Part shown: positions 50,090-63,149 of the stretch, piece after piece | How positions within the stretch are numbered: the stretch's first letter is position 1 | Layout: each line of letters starts with the position of its first letter | Assembly (NCBI GenBank): GCA_951406725.2 | Contig: OX597838.1 | Coordinates: 34,162,001 to 34,226,000 of the forward strand | Origin: Octopus vulgaris | Lineage: Eukaryota | Direction of reading: 5' to 3' | Length of the DNA stretch: 64,000 nt | Notes under the pieces: generated by a model | Database searches by the model: none | Seen by the model: the letters and a program-made list of their open reading frames with translations, nothing else | Told to the model about the DNA's origin: nothing | Program-made: the position numbers and the translations under genes

Positions 50090-50515
50090 GAGTACCATCC
50101 AAGTGTGATCGTTGCCAGAGCAACAAACTGACTTCCGTGCCAGTGGTACATAAAAAGCACCATTCGAGCGTGATCGTTACCTGCGTGGCACATGAAAAAA
50201 CATTCAAGCAAGATTGTTGCCAGTACCACCTGACTGGGCTTCATGCCGGTGGTACGTAAAAGCACCCACTACACTCTCGGAGCGTTTCTACAGCTGGATG
50301 CCCTTCCTAACACCAACCACTCCATGAGTGTAGTGGGTGCTTTTTACATGCCACCTGCATAGAGGCCAAGGGAGGCTGGCAACGGCCACAATTGGTTGGT
50401 GCTTTTTACGTGCCACTGGCACGGAAGCCAGTCAAGGCTGTGCTGGCATCGGCCACGTTCGGATGGTACTTTTTACGTGCCACCAGCACGGGTATCACAA
50501 CTACAATTTCCAATG
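50090..50515. mobile_element. Two RTE-1 3' UTR fragments joined in inverted orientation
   Basis: Plus-strand modules to ~50282, then minus-strand UTR from ~50284. Confidence 0.75.
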
Positions 50516-51104
50516 CATTTGTATTATTGTTGGACAGCAAAAAGAATTTTTCTCTTTCCCCACAAAATAAACAAACAAATAGAAAAAAGAAACATGAATT
50601 CAACCAGGTTTTGTGCGGCCAGAAGTGTGATACTCCATGGAACTACGACGCTAAGACAACAGAGAGGGAGGCAAAGAATATTCCTAGCATCGAACAAGAA
50701 ATAAGTTGGTTACCCTGTTGTGTAGCAAAGTTGTTGCCTAATTTTCCGAAGTAAGCTTGGATTTGGCAAATCTGTGACCAAAGATATTCCAACCATGACC
50801 ATCCAGTCTCACCTTCTAACACTGTATCCATGACTACATTGCCCAATGTAGCCTTCCTTTTCTGTTATTTTTTAAAGGATTTGGCTCCTATTTCTAGTTG
50901 GTCAAGCAACCACAAAGAAGTTTGGTGGTCTGTTGTTGGCTTGTGTCATAAAGCTTTGTGATCGATGGTAGCCAGGAAAGAGATGGGCTGAGAAAGATAC
51001 GGAAGAGAGTTATTAGGTAGAACCTTGGAGTAGCAATAACAACCTCAGGAAACTCAACAAATAAATGACAAAAACAAATTCTGTGATACTTTGAAATGAC
51101 TTAA

Positions 51105-51760
51105 CCCTTTGGCATTTAAACCGGCCCAAATATTCTACCTATTTTATGCTCAAACTGGTTAGATCTGGCCTCTCACACCTACCCTATAGTGTAATTCTAT
51201 AGTGGAGGCGCAATGGCCCAGTGGTTAGGGCAGCAGACTCGCGGTCATAGGATCGCGGTTTCGATTCCCAGACCGGGCGTTGTGTGTTTATTGAGCAAAA
51301 ACACCTAAAGCTCCACGAGGCTCCGGCAGGGGGTGGTGGCGACCCTTGTTGTACTCTTTTGCCTCAACTTTCTCTCACTCCACTCTTACTTCCTGTTTCT
51401 GTTGTACCTGTATTTCAAGGGGCCGGCCTTGTCACTCTCTGTGTCACGCTGAATATCCCTGAGAACTACGTTAAGGGTGCACGTGTCTGTGGAGTGCTCA
51501 GCCACTTACACGTTAATTTCACGAGCAGGCTGTTCCGTTGATTCGGATCAACCGGAACCCTCATCGTCGTAACCAACGGAGTGCTTCCATCCCATAATGT
51601 AATTCTAGAAAGGTCAGAAGGGGGTACAATTCCAGGAGAAAAGGGCATAATAACATTATTTAGATAGGCGCACTTCTTTTCTAGAGGGGGCACATGCCTC
51701 TCAGTCCCCCCCCCCCGGGGTCCACCCTGGGCTTGGCAGATTAATCTGAATGCTAAAAGG
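51105..51760. mobile_element. piggyBac-like MITE containing SINE D variant 2 (51203-51589)
   Basis: TTAA|CCCTTT...AAAAGG|TTAA; SINE flanked by a tgtaattcta duplication. Confidence 0.75.
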
Positions 51761-51848
51761 TTAATCTTCAGTTACCAAAAACTAACAAAGAATTTCTGGC
51801 TTACTTTAGCATAGAATAACAGATAATGATAATAATTTCCATCATCAT

Positions 51849-52243
51849 AGGCGCAGGAGTGGCTGTGTGGTAAGTAGCTTGCTAACCAACCACATGGTTC
51901 CGGATTCAGTCCCACTGCGTGGCACCTTGGGCATGTGTCTTCTGCTATAGCCTCGGGCCGACCAAAGCCTTGTGAGTGGATTTGGTAGACGGAAACTGAA
52001 AGAAGCCCGTTTGCTGGACATTGTTGTAGAGCTGAAAACAAGGCAATTTCTACACTTCTCCTCTGGAAGCCATCTACTCGCGATACCAGAGGGCGCACAC
52101 TCTCCTACCCTACCCTGATGTAATCTCCAGGGATACAGGCATCCAGCAACAGGACCTCTGTAATGCTATGATGGACCGTGAAGTCTGGCGTAGCATGGTA
52201 AATTCCATTGTCTCGACCACGGTCGAACAATGATGATGATGAT
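51849..52243 (+). mobile_element. SINE-A head fused to RTE-2 3' end
   Basis: Junction gaagcccg|tttgctggac at ~52009; ends in (TGA)n. Confidence 0.8.
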
Positions 52244-52407
52244 GGTTGGTTGGTTGGTTGGTAGATATTAAAAAAGAAATCAAATAATAACCTTCATTCT
52301 AGCTATCTATGATCAAGGAGATGTTAACTTTGTCATTATTTATGTTAATGTATGGATCATAAATTAACATGAAATTTTGATGAGAAGTTTTAAATAAGAC
52401 CACTTTA

Positions 52408-52625
52408 TGAGAGGTTGTGAAAAGTTCCTGGTTTTGGGTAAAAGAAAATACAGAAGAATCAGTTAATTATGATTTTATTGAACATATTCCCCTCTCAGAT
52501 ATAGATACACTTATTGCAGTGGTCCTTCAGTTTTTCTAAGACCTGTAAAAGAACTCGGAAGGTTAGCCCTCCAACGAGGCTTTTCGGGATACCCTCAAAG
52601 CCAGGAACATTTCAGCACCCCCTTG
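52408..52625. mobile_element. Tc1/mariner-type MITE
   Basis: TA flanks; imperfect TIR (GAGGGGGTGCTGAAAAGTTCCTGG-like); nested in a decayed piggyBac-like MITE ending GGG|TTAA at ~52690. Confidence 0.65.
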
Positions 52626-53279
52626 TAAAACAAGAACCTGTACCATAGAATCAATGGCAGTCACAGAAGGTTTGATATCAAAAGGGTTAAACTGGGAAAA
52701 CAATTAAGCCTATTACTCAAGAATTTGCAAGTGAGAGGTGTCAACTAACTCAACAAACGAGGCAGGAACGGTGCAGGTGGTAAGAAGCTTGGTTCCCAAC
52801 ACATGGTTTTGGGTTCAGTCCCAATGCATGGCACCTTGGGCAAGTATCTTCTACATCCGACCTACTAGAAACTGCAGCCATAAATTGCATCCTACTGCTT
52901 TAGCCCTACCAGTGATGTCGCAACTCATTTCTACAGCTGAGGAAACTGGAGCAATATGAAATAAAGTGTCTTGCTCAAGAGTACAACACACAGCCCGGTC
53001 CAGGAATCGAACTCACAACCTCATGACTCTGAGTGCAATGCTCTACCCACTGAGCCATGCACCTTCTTATATATGTCTGAATAAAAGGCAGAATTATTTC
53101 AAGCTGACCGAAGCCTTGAGTGGAATTAGTAGATGGAAACAGAAATAACCCCATTGTGTGTGTGTGTGTATGTGTGTTTTCATAGGTAGGTCTGCTCAAA
53201 CACAGCAGACCTGAGGCTAAATGAAACAAACAACTTGTTCCAATTTGCACCAAAATAATAACTAATAATTCAACATGAT

Positions 53280-53665
53280 AGGTGCAGGAGTGGCTGTGTG
53301 GTAAGTAGCTTGCTAGCCAACCACATGGTTCCAGGTTCAGTCCCACTGTGTGGCATCTTGGGCAAGTATCTTCTGCTATAGCCCCGGGCCGACCAATGCC
53401 TTGTGAGTGGATTTGGTAGACGGAAACTGAAAGAAGCCTGTTGTATATATGTATAAGTGTGTGTGTATATGTTTGTGTGTCTGTGTTTGCCCCCTAGCAT
53501 TGCTTGACAACCGATGCTAGTGTGTTTACGTCCCCGTCACTTAGCGGTTCGGCAAAAAGAGACCGATAGAATAAGTACTGGGCTTACAAAGAATAAGTCC
53601 CGGGGTCGATTTGCTCGACTAAAGGCAGTGCTCCAGCATGGCCGCAGTCAAATGACTGAAACAAG
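53280..53665 (+). mobile_element. SINE family A
   Basis: Homology to family copies. Confidence 0.9.
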
Positions 53666-54176
53666 CACAAGGGGTCGATTTGTTCGGCTAAATCCCTTCA
53701 AGGAGATGCCCCAGTATGGCCACAGTTTAACAACTGAAACAAGTAAAAGATAAAAACCCTGTAATTCAACCTGATAAACCTAATGGGTAGAGAGGAAGGA
53801 GAACCAGCCGTGAAGGTAACACAAACTTCAAAAGATTTAGACTTTCACAACAGTTCAGCTTCTGTTATTATAGAAAAAAATAAATAAGTGGATTTTAAAA
53901 AATTTATTATCAGAATTCACATTCCACAACAATGTCCATGCACTAATTTCTTATCTGGCCAGATAAAACTAGTTCAATAATTCTTTTGACTATATACTAG
54001 GTGGAAAGCATTTTAAAAAAGGTCAGAAGTTTGTTACACTTAGAAATGTCTTGAATGAACTGTTTTGAATACTACATGAACTTAGCATTGATTTAATGTT
54101 CTTTGTGATTGTGTAACAAGCAAATATTTGCCATATGTAAGGTCATACGCTCAAACTTGGATCAACCTTCAGTCAA

Positions 54177-54583
54177 TCATCATCATCATCGTTTAACGTC
54201 CGTATTCCGTGCTAGCATGGATTGGACGGTTCGACCGGGGTCTGGGAAACCAGGAGGCTGCACCAGGCTCCATTCTGATCTGGCAGTGTTTCTACAGCTG
54301 GATGCCCTTCCTAACGCTAACCACTCCGAGAGTGTAGTGGGTGCTTTTTACGTGCTACCAGCACTGGTGCCAGGGGATATTTTATATGTGGCACCTGTGC
54401 AGGTGGCACATAAAAAGCACCCACTACACTCTCGGAGTGGTTGACGTTAGGAAGGGCATCCAGCTGTAGAAACACTGCCAGATCAGACTGGGCCTGGCGC
54501 AGCCTTCTGGCTTACCAGACCCCAGTTGAACCGTCCAACCCATGCTAGCATGGAAAACAGACGTTAAACGATGATGATGATGA
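54177..54583. repeat. Head-to-head pair of RTE-1 3' ends forming a ~400-bp palindrome
   Basis: Arms 54177-54372 and 54389-54583, 16-nt spacer. Confidence 0.9.
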
Positions 54584-57178
54584 TTTTCTAAGGGGTGGAG
54601 GCACATGGCTTAGTGATTAAGGGCGTTGCATTCATGATCGCAGTTTCAATTCCTGGATCAGGCAACTCATTGTTATTGAGCAAAATACTTTATTTCACAT
54701 TGTTTCAGTTCACTCAGCTGGAAAAAAATGAGTAATCCTGCAATGGACTGGTGCCCTGTCCAGGTGGGGAACATATAAACCAGGAAACCATGAAACTAGC
54801 CCTATGGGTCTACATGACTTGGCAATGAACTTTACTTCTTAATTTTACTTTCTGAGGGACTGTGGTCTATTGGATAAAACAAATTAAGCATGTTCCCTTT
54901 TAACTACTAATTGCTGTTCATTTCACAGACTTCTACACAGAGTGAACTTTGCTAAAGGGACCCAAAAGCTAAGTAGTTTGATGTTAAACCAGGTAAGATT
55001 GACTCTACTACAGACACAGCCTGTCTCATGGAGTTCCACATAGCACGTGTTTAACCCTTTTGTTGCCATATTTCTGTAAAATAACTGAGTTATCATAAAG
55101 CTGGTGCTTAAAACATAAATAATGTGGAATATTGATGGAAGGTTTAAATTTAGACCACTTGAAAATAGGAAGGTTGTATTAGAAAATCAGGGCTGCTCCC
55201 AAGCGGGGTTGATATAGAAAGGGGCCAAACTAGGATTTGGTAGAAGACACTGGAATCAGACTTGGATCTACACAACCATGCTTGTATAGGAATATGTATT
55301 TTCCTTAGTGATATAATAACACTTTATACAGACTTCGCTCTGCTTTATAAAACAACAACAAGCAGATATTAAAGGATGATGATAAAGCAGATAACATTCT
55401 TTAGAAAGAGTTATTACATCACTAGTAAAAATACACATTGCTGAACAGGCATGGCTATGTAGTAATAGCCAAATCTGATTCCAGTGTCTTCTAGCACACT
55501 CTCAAATCCATTCAAGAATAGTGAAGGAAACTGGTTTGACCCTTTTGATACCAACCTTCCCGAGACCACTCCTGACTTTCTGATACAAAACAAACTTCCT
55601 GTTTTAAAAGTGATCTTAATAAAAACCTTCCCTCAATATTCCATTTTAACTTATGTTCCAAACACCATTTCAATAACCCTTTAGCAATTTAATCCAATGA
55701 CTCTCAACCGGGGTCCATGTGACATTTAAGGGCCCATATAAGATTTTGTTGTTAAAATCTATAAACAATAAATTAGTTATACTTCTACACTACTTAAAAT
55801 ATTAAATATTTTTTATTATACAATTCTTAATAATATTTAATTATAAAAATATAAGGTTTTTAAAACATTGAATGGCTATGAGGGTCCAACTGAGCAAAAT
55901 ACGAATCAAAGGAGTCCTTAGGTAAAAAATGGTTGAGGACCTCCAATTTAATATTCTGGCTCAAATATTCCACCTGTTTTATGTTCAAACCAACTAGATC
56001 TGGCTTCTCACACCAACCCTTGAATGTCTTTCTAAAAATAAACAATGTGAATAAATAAGCATTTGCCAGTGCTGCCGGACTGGCTCCTGTGCAAGGTGGC
56101 ACGTAAAAAGCACCATTTGAGCGCGGCCGATGCCACTACCACCTGCCTGGCCCTCATGGTGGTGGTATGTAAAAGTATCCACTACACTCTCGGAGTGGCT
56201 GGTGTTAGGAAGGGCATCCAGCTGTAGAAACTTTGCCAGATCAGATTGGAGACTGGTGCAGCCTTTAGGCTCACCAGCCCTCAGTCAAACCGTCCAACCC
56301 ATGCCAGCAGGGAAAGCAGACGATGATGATGATACATTATTAGACAAAGTAATCTAGATGCTGAAGGGTTAATGATACTTTACAAAATTCTTTGCTACTT
56401 CCAAAATTAATTGAAACAAAAGCAAGGCATTGAAGCAGAAATATGGCAACAAAGGTATTAACATTGATAAAGTTACATGGCTAAGTTCTTTGTTATTCAT
56501 CAAAATTAACTGAAGTAAAAGTAGTGTATCTTAACAGAAATATGGTGGCAAAAGGGTTAAAAAGGTAATCCACATAACTCCATAACTTGTACGGATTACC
56601 TGTTTAATTCCTTTGTGTTCTCTTATTCGCAACATCACAAATCAATGATATATTGGGATGTCAGAGAAATTTATTTGTTTCTTTCCAATGTTATTTGAAT
56701 TAATATGAAATATATTTTTTATTATAGTGGTTTATGTGTTCTTTTTTGTTTTGTTTTTGTAGTTCTATTTTTCTTGTACAACTTTTGCTTATCACTTTTG
56801 AAATTTGAATAAATTTTATCTCTTTTCAGACATATAACGATGGAATGCTAAAGTAGAAAAAAAAAGAACCCCAACTATTTTCAACACCTGCCTCTCATTG
56901 TTTTCAATCAAGGTTCCAAAGCTATGAAAGACACTCAAGACATTTATGTTGTGTACAAAGAGGGTGCTATTACTGAAAGAACAGCTCAGAAATGGTTTTC
57001 ACACTTCAAGGAAGGGAAATCCAACCCCACAGACTGCCCACATTCTGACCAACATGTTCAGTTCAAAGAGGATCCGTTGAACAAAATCATCCAAAAGGAT
57101 CCGCACCAATCCACCAGGAAACCAGTTCAGGAGACGGGATGCTTTCAAGACCCTACAACTCATCACATTCACTCAATG

Positions 57179-57481
57179 TTGTTTGTTCCTCCTCGAGCCA
57201 TGCCTGGCTCATAAGGGCCGGTTTCCCGGTTTCTTGGCGTATAGGTTCCCCACCTGGACAGGACGCCGGTCCGTCGCAGGTGAGCTGCATGATGCAGGAG
57301 GAAAGAGTGAGAGAAAGTTGTAGCGAAAGAGTCAGCAGAAGTTTCGCCATTACCTTCTGCCGGAGCTGCGTGGATCTTAGGTGTTTCACTCATAAACACA
57401 CACATCGCCCGGTCTGAGATTTGAACCCGCAATCCCTTGACCGTGAGTCCGCTGCTCTAACCACTAGGCCATGTGCCTCCA
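57179..57481 (-). mobile_element. SINE family D variant 3 with 15-bp TSD
   Basis: cacattcactcaatg at 57164-57178 and 57482-57496. Confidence 0.92.
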
Positions 57482-57631
57482 CACATTCACTCAATGGGTA
57501 AGGTCCTGTGATTTCTACCATCAAGTCATTGACAAGCTAATGGAACATTGACAAGAAGTTGTAAACAATGAAGGAGAATAGATATCTGACTGGTTTGTTA
57601 AAATTGTTGATGGAAAAAAAAAAGGGATCAA

Positions 57632-57819
57632 CCCTTTGACATTCAACTTACTTCATATTCTTTTAAATTAATCACTCATTATCTTCTAGTTTTAAAATTT
57701 TGATGATATGATTGTGTATTTTTAGAATGACATTGTAGGGTGGGTGTGAGAGGTCAGATCTGGCTGGTTTAAACAAAAAAATATTTGGGTCAGATATGGC
57801 CAGTTTAAAAGCTAAAGGG
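57632..57819. mobile_element. piggyBac-like MITE nested in mariner
   Basis: CCCTTT...AAAGGG|TTAA; homologous to the 51105 element. Confidence 0.65.
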
Positions 57820-58156
57820 TTAAAATAATGGAAAAAAAATTATCTGACAGCCCAATGCTACAAGGAAATAACACGAAACAAACAGATGTAGTTTAAAACC
57901 ATACCAAAGACTTAAATAAAGGGGTTTACCTTAAAGCTCAGTAACTCTAATCAGACAAATATTTTTAGTAGCATGTTGGTGCTTAATCCCAAGTCAACCC
58001 TGAATGAGCAGATATAGGATCAAAAGCTTCCCGTATATGACCCTACAGTCTTGTCTTTTGATAGGACACAGACATAGGGGCTCGGTGCAGTCTACTGACT
58101 TGTCGGTTCCTGTTAAACTGTTCAACCTAGGCCAGCATGGAAAAAAGAGACATTAA

Positions 58157-58602
58157 CCCTTTTGTTACTGTATTTCTTTCAATTACTTTAAATATAACAA
58201 AGAATTTAGCAAAATAACTTAGTTATCGTTCAGCTAGTGTTAGGAGCATAAATTGTGACTAAGGTTTGGTGGAAGATTTTAATTCAGAACTTTTGAAAAC
58301 AAGACATTTGTACTCAGAGCCAGTTTCAGCCGGTTTGGTATCAAAAGGGTTAAGGATTGTTTCTCTATTATATATTTTAACTCTTTTGTTACCTTATTTC
58401 TGTTGAGATGCTCTGTGTTTCTTTCAATTAATTTTAAATATAACAAAGAATTTAGTAAAATAACTTAACTATCATTCAGCTGGTGTTAGGAACATAAATT
58501 GTGACTGAGGTTTGGTGGAAGATTTTAATTCAAAACTTACAAAAACAAGACATTTGTACTACAGAGCCAGAGCCGGTTTCAGCCGGGTTGGTATCGAAAG
58601 GG
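58157..58602. mobile_element. Tandem pair of piggyBac-like MITEs (58157-58349, 58381-58602)
   Basis: Each flanked by TTAA with ~12-bp TIRs CCCTTTTG(T/A)TAC. Confidence 0.85.
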
Positions 58603-59547
58603 TTAAATGATGACGATGATTATGATGCCTCCTATTAAAGAGATTATTGACAAAATGTTGGCTTCAATGTATGAGAACCTAAAAATGTAAGCATCAGCTG
58701 GAAATTCAATCTATTTTCATTGTTTGATGTTTTAGTATATCACCATTATGCTTGTAGCCTGTACTAACCTTTCCCTATTGTTTAAAGTTAGGAATGAAAG
58801 TTGTTTTGTAATAAGCACTTAAATAAATAAATTAAATGAATTGATATCCGTTTTTTTTTTTTTTTTAATATTTGAAAATTCCTATCATTCTTAAGTTATG
58901 ATCAAATATTAAAAAAATGTTTTGGAAACCAAATAGCCAAACAAGGAAGGAAGGAGTGGAGGGCGCAGTTCTAGAACAATCTAACTCATTCGGCAGAGGT
59001 TGATAGTTAATCAAAATGATATGATAATTACACATTTAAATAAATCAATGAAAAATTTTATTGAAAAAAAGGAAGGAAAGCACTCCATATTAAAAGAAAC
59101 AAATCAATAATATTATCACAATATTTTGTTAATCAAAATACTTTCTTCTATTCCTAAAATATGACTAAGAAATAATTGATATTTGTCATTTTTTAAATAA
59201 TTTGTTATGAAAGATGGAAGACGAAATAACCTTCATAAGCACTGTTGGTTTATATGCTTTGTTTAGGTGGAGGATCACTAATAAAACCACTCACACACAC
59301 ACACAGATAGATAGATAAATAGATAGAGACAGATAGATAGGCAATAAGAAGTCATGGCTGTGTGGTAAGAAATTTGCTTCCCAGCCATATGGTTCCAGGT
59401 TCAATCCCAGTAAGTGGCATGTTATGCAAGTGTTTTCTGCTCTCGTCCTGGGCTGACCCAAGTCTTGTTAGTGAATTTGGTAATCAGAAACTAAAAGAAG
59501 CCTGTCTTATATACACATATGTGTGTGTGTGTGTGTGTGTGTGTTAA

Positions 59548-59870
59548 CCCTTTTAATACCAACCTGGCTGAAATCACCCCTGGCTCTGTAGTACAAATGT
59601 CTTGAATTATAATCTTCTGCCAAACCTTAGTCACAATTTATGTTCCCAACATTAGCTTAATGGTAACTAAGTTATTTTACGAAATTCTTTGTTATATTTA
59701 AAGTAATTGAAAGAAACAGAGAGCATCTCAACATAAATATGGTAACAAAAGGGTTAACAAATGATTAATTTAACTCTTTTGTTACCAACCCGGCTGGCTC
59801 TGGCTTTGTAGTACAAATGTCTTGTTTTCATAAGTTTTGAATTAAAATCTTCCACTAAACCTTAGTCACA
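59548..59870. mobile_element. piggyBac-like MITE (59548-59753) plus truncated second copy (59774-59870)
   Basis: TTAA TSDs, same family as 58157 in the opposite orientation; second copy cut off by an RTE-1 tail (59868-60063). Confidence 0.85.
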
Positions 59871-60368
59871 TAAAAAGCACCCACTACACTCTCAGAGTGG
59901 TTGGCATTAGGAAGGGCATCTAGCTGTAGAAACTCTGCCAGATCAAGACTGGAGTTTGGTGCAGCCATCTGGTTCGCCAGCCCACAGTCAAACCGTCCAA
60001 CCCATGCTAGCATGGAAAGCGGACGTTAAACGACGACGACAACAATGATGATGATGATGATGATTGAAACGACTCTCATTAGCTCAAGTGAAGGTAGTTG
60101 TCAAGTATATGTGATGAACGACAGCTATTTATTTGTGATAAAACCTGCAGCATTGATCTCTTCTGCCTCTGACAACACATCATAACTTTTTTTATCTCAT
60201 TTAATAATCAATACTGTCAACCATCATATAAAGATTTAATCATTTTACTAACAACTACAACAACAACAACAAACATGAATTTGATTGTTTTTTAATGAAT
60301 CTGCATTTGCAGTTTGTACTTAGTTTGAAATAAAGAAGAGTTGACAGTAAGAGGAAAATTAATTATTT

Positions 60369-60795
60369 AGGTGCAGGAGTGGCTGTGTGGTAAATAGCTT
60401 GCTTACCAACCACATGCTTCTGGGTTCAGTCCCACTGCATGGCACCTTAGAGCAAGTGTCTTCTACTATAGCCTTGGGCCAACCAAAGCCTTGTGAGTGG
60501 ATTTGGTAGACGGAAACTGAAAGAAGCCCGTTGTATATATGTACATATATATATATATATGTGTATGTATATGTGTGTGCATGCTTGTGTATCTGTGTTT
60601 GGCACCTACTCCAACATCGTTTGACAACAAATGCTGGTGTGTTTACGTCCCCATAACTTAGTTCGGCAAAAAAGAGACCAATAAAATAAGTACTAGGCTT
60701 ACAAAAAATAAGTACTGGGGTCGATTTCCTTGACTAAAGGCGGTGCGTGCTCCAGCATGGCTGCAATCAAATGACTGAAACAAGTAAAAGAGAAA
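60369..60795 (+). mobile_element. SINE family A
   Basis: Homology to family copies. Confidence 0.9.
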
Positions 60796-61028
60796 TAAAA
60801 GAGAAACACCCACAAATTTGTCTACAAACCATAATTCTAATTCTATATCAAAGAAATACAGGTGTCTGTGCACAACTCTTCTAAACAAGCTATACCAATT
60901 ACAAGTTCACAATCACACCACAATATCAGTAGACCTGACTTAAATAAATAAACTGAATGGAAGGAGAAAGAAAAAGTGAAATGTACTGATGTGTGTGTGT
61001 GTGTGTGTACACAACATTTTGATCCGAT

Positions 61029-61410
61029 TAGGCACAGGAGTGGCTGTGTGGTAAGTAGCTTGCTAACCAACCACATGGTTCTGGGTTCAGTCCCACTGCG
61101 TGGCACCTTGGGCAAGTGTCTTCTGCTATAGCCCCGGGCCGACCAATGCCTTGTGAGTGGATTCGGTAGACAGAAACTGAAAGAAGCCTGTCGTATATAT
61201 GTATATATATATATATGTATGTGTGTTTGTCCCCCTAGCATTGCTTGACAACCGATGCTGGTGTGTTTACGTCCCCGTCACTTAGCGGTTCGGAAAAAGA
61301 GACCGATAGAATAAATACTGAGCTTACAAAGAATAAGTCCCGGGGTCAATTTGCTCGACTAAAGGCGGTGCTCCAGCATGGCCGCAGTCAAAATGACTGA
61401 AACAAGTACA
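61029..61410 (+). mobile_element. SINE family A
   Basis: Homology to family copies. Confidence 0.9.
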
Positions 61411-62050
61411 AGAGAGAGAATTAGCTCATCATCATCATTTAGCATCTGCTTTCCATACTGGTATGGATGAGATGGTTTGACTGGAACTGGTTAGCTGGGG
61501 AGCTGCACCATGCTCCAAACTGCTAAGTTAAGGGGATATAAACAAACTAACATCAACTGTCAAGTAGTAGTCACACACACACACACACAAAGGACTTCTT
61601 TCAGTTTTGGTTGGCCTCAGGTGTGCGAGTGTTTCTGTTTGATTTGAAACATCATCTCAAATCAGTGTTGGTTTGTTTATGTCTTTACAGCTTAGTGATT
61701 CAGTAAAAGAGTAACAATAGAATAAGTACCATATTTAAAAAAATAAGTACTGGGGGTTGATTTGTTAGATTAAAACACTTTAAAGCAGTACCTCAATATG
61801 GGCAGAGTCCAATGACTGAAACAAGTAAAACCTAAAAAATAAATAAAGAAAAAAACAATCCAACTCACTATTTTCAAGATAGCATGTTAGCACTTATATA
61901 AAAATATAGTATAAGTCTGATTATCTATGGTAGAATGTAAAGCTCAGACTCTACAATTAATAATTAATTAATAACAAACCTAACATGGGAAATAAATGAA
62001 GTCTTCCAATCAAATAAAATAATGATGACATACATATATACATACATAAT

Positions 62051-62109
<59 letters not shown>

Positions 62110-62151
62110 TATATACATACATAAAACATATATATATATATACACATACAT

Positions 62152-62588
62152 AAAAGATTCGAGCGAGGTCGTTGCCAGTACCGCCTGACTGGCATGTTAA
62201 AGCACCCACTACACCCTCGGAGTGGTTGGCGTTAGGAAGGGCATCAAGCTGTAGAAACTCTGCCAGATCAAGACTGAAGCCTGGTGCAGCCTTCTGGTTG
62301 CCCAGCCCTCAGTCAAATCATCCAACCCATGCTAGCATGGAAAGCGGACGTTAAACGATGATGATGATGATACATACATATATATACATACATACACATA
62401 CGTATATACATACATATATATATATAGGCGCAGGAGTGGCTGTGTGGTAAGTAGCTTGCTAACCAACCACATGGTTCCAGGTTCAGTCCCACTGCATGGC
62501 ATTTTGGGCAAGTGTCTTCTTCTATAACCTTGGGCCAACTAATGCCTTGTGAGTGGATTTGGTAGACAGAAACTGAAAGAAGCCTGTC

Positions 62589-62663
<75 letters not shown>

Positions 62664-62849
62664 TCCCCCTAGCATTGCTTGACAACCGATGCTGGTGTGT
62701 TTACGTCCCTGTAACTTTGCGGTTCGGCAAAAGAGACTGATAGAATAAGTACTGGGCTTACAAAAAGAATAAGTCCCGGGGTCGATTTGCTCGACTAAAA
62801 GGCGGTGCTCCAGCATGGCTGCAGTCAAATGACTGAAACAAGTAAAAGA

Positions 62850-62851
<2 letters not shown>
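62152..62851 (+). mobile_element. RTE-1 tail (62152-62371) followed by SINE A (62427-62851)
   Basis: Homology to family copies. Confidence 0.88.
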
Positions 62852-62903
<52 letters not shown>

Positions 62904-63149
62904 CTGTGTGCGTATGTATGTATGTATGTATATATAAACATATATGCAAATATATACATACACACACAATGTAAAAACCCAGCTAATTACTCGTTTAAAT
63001 ATGCAAAACTATAAACTCCAGTGGGAAATCCAAAGTACATAATCTAAATAGGTTATACGTAAATTGGTAATATTGATCTGTGTCCTGATTTCACACACAT
63101 GTGCTTGTGTGTACACATATATGTATATGTGTATATATGTATGGGTGTA

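Larger units (their letters stand above)
56653..57855 (+). mobile_element. Internally deleted mariner transposon
   Basis: TIRs TTGGG(A/C)TGTCAGA; N-terminal HTH remnant (VYKEGAITERTAQKWFSHFKEG..DPHQSTR..HSMGKV) joined to C-terminal DFY..IDKL..QEVVNNEGE. Confidence 0.8.
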
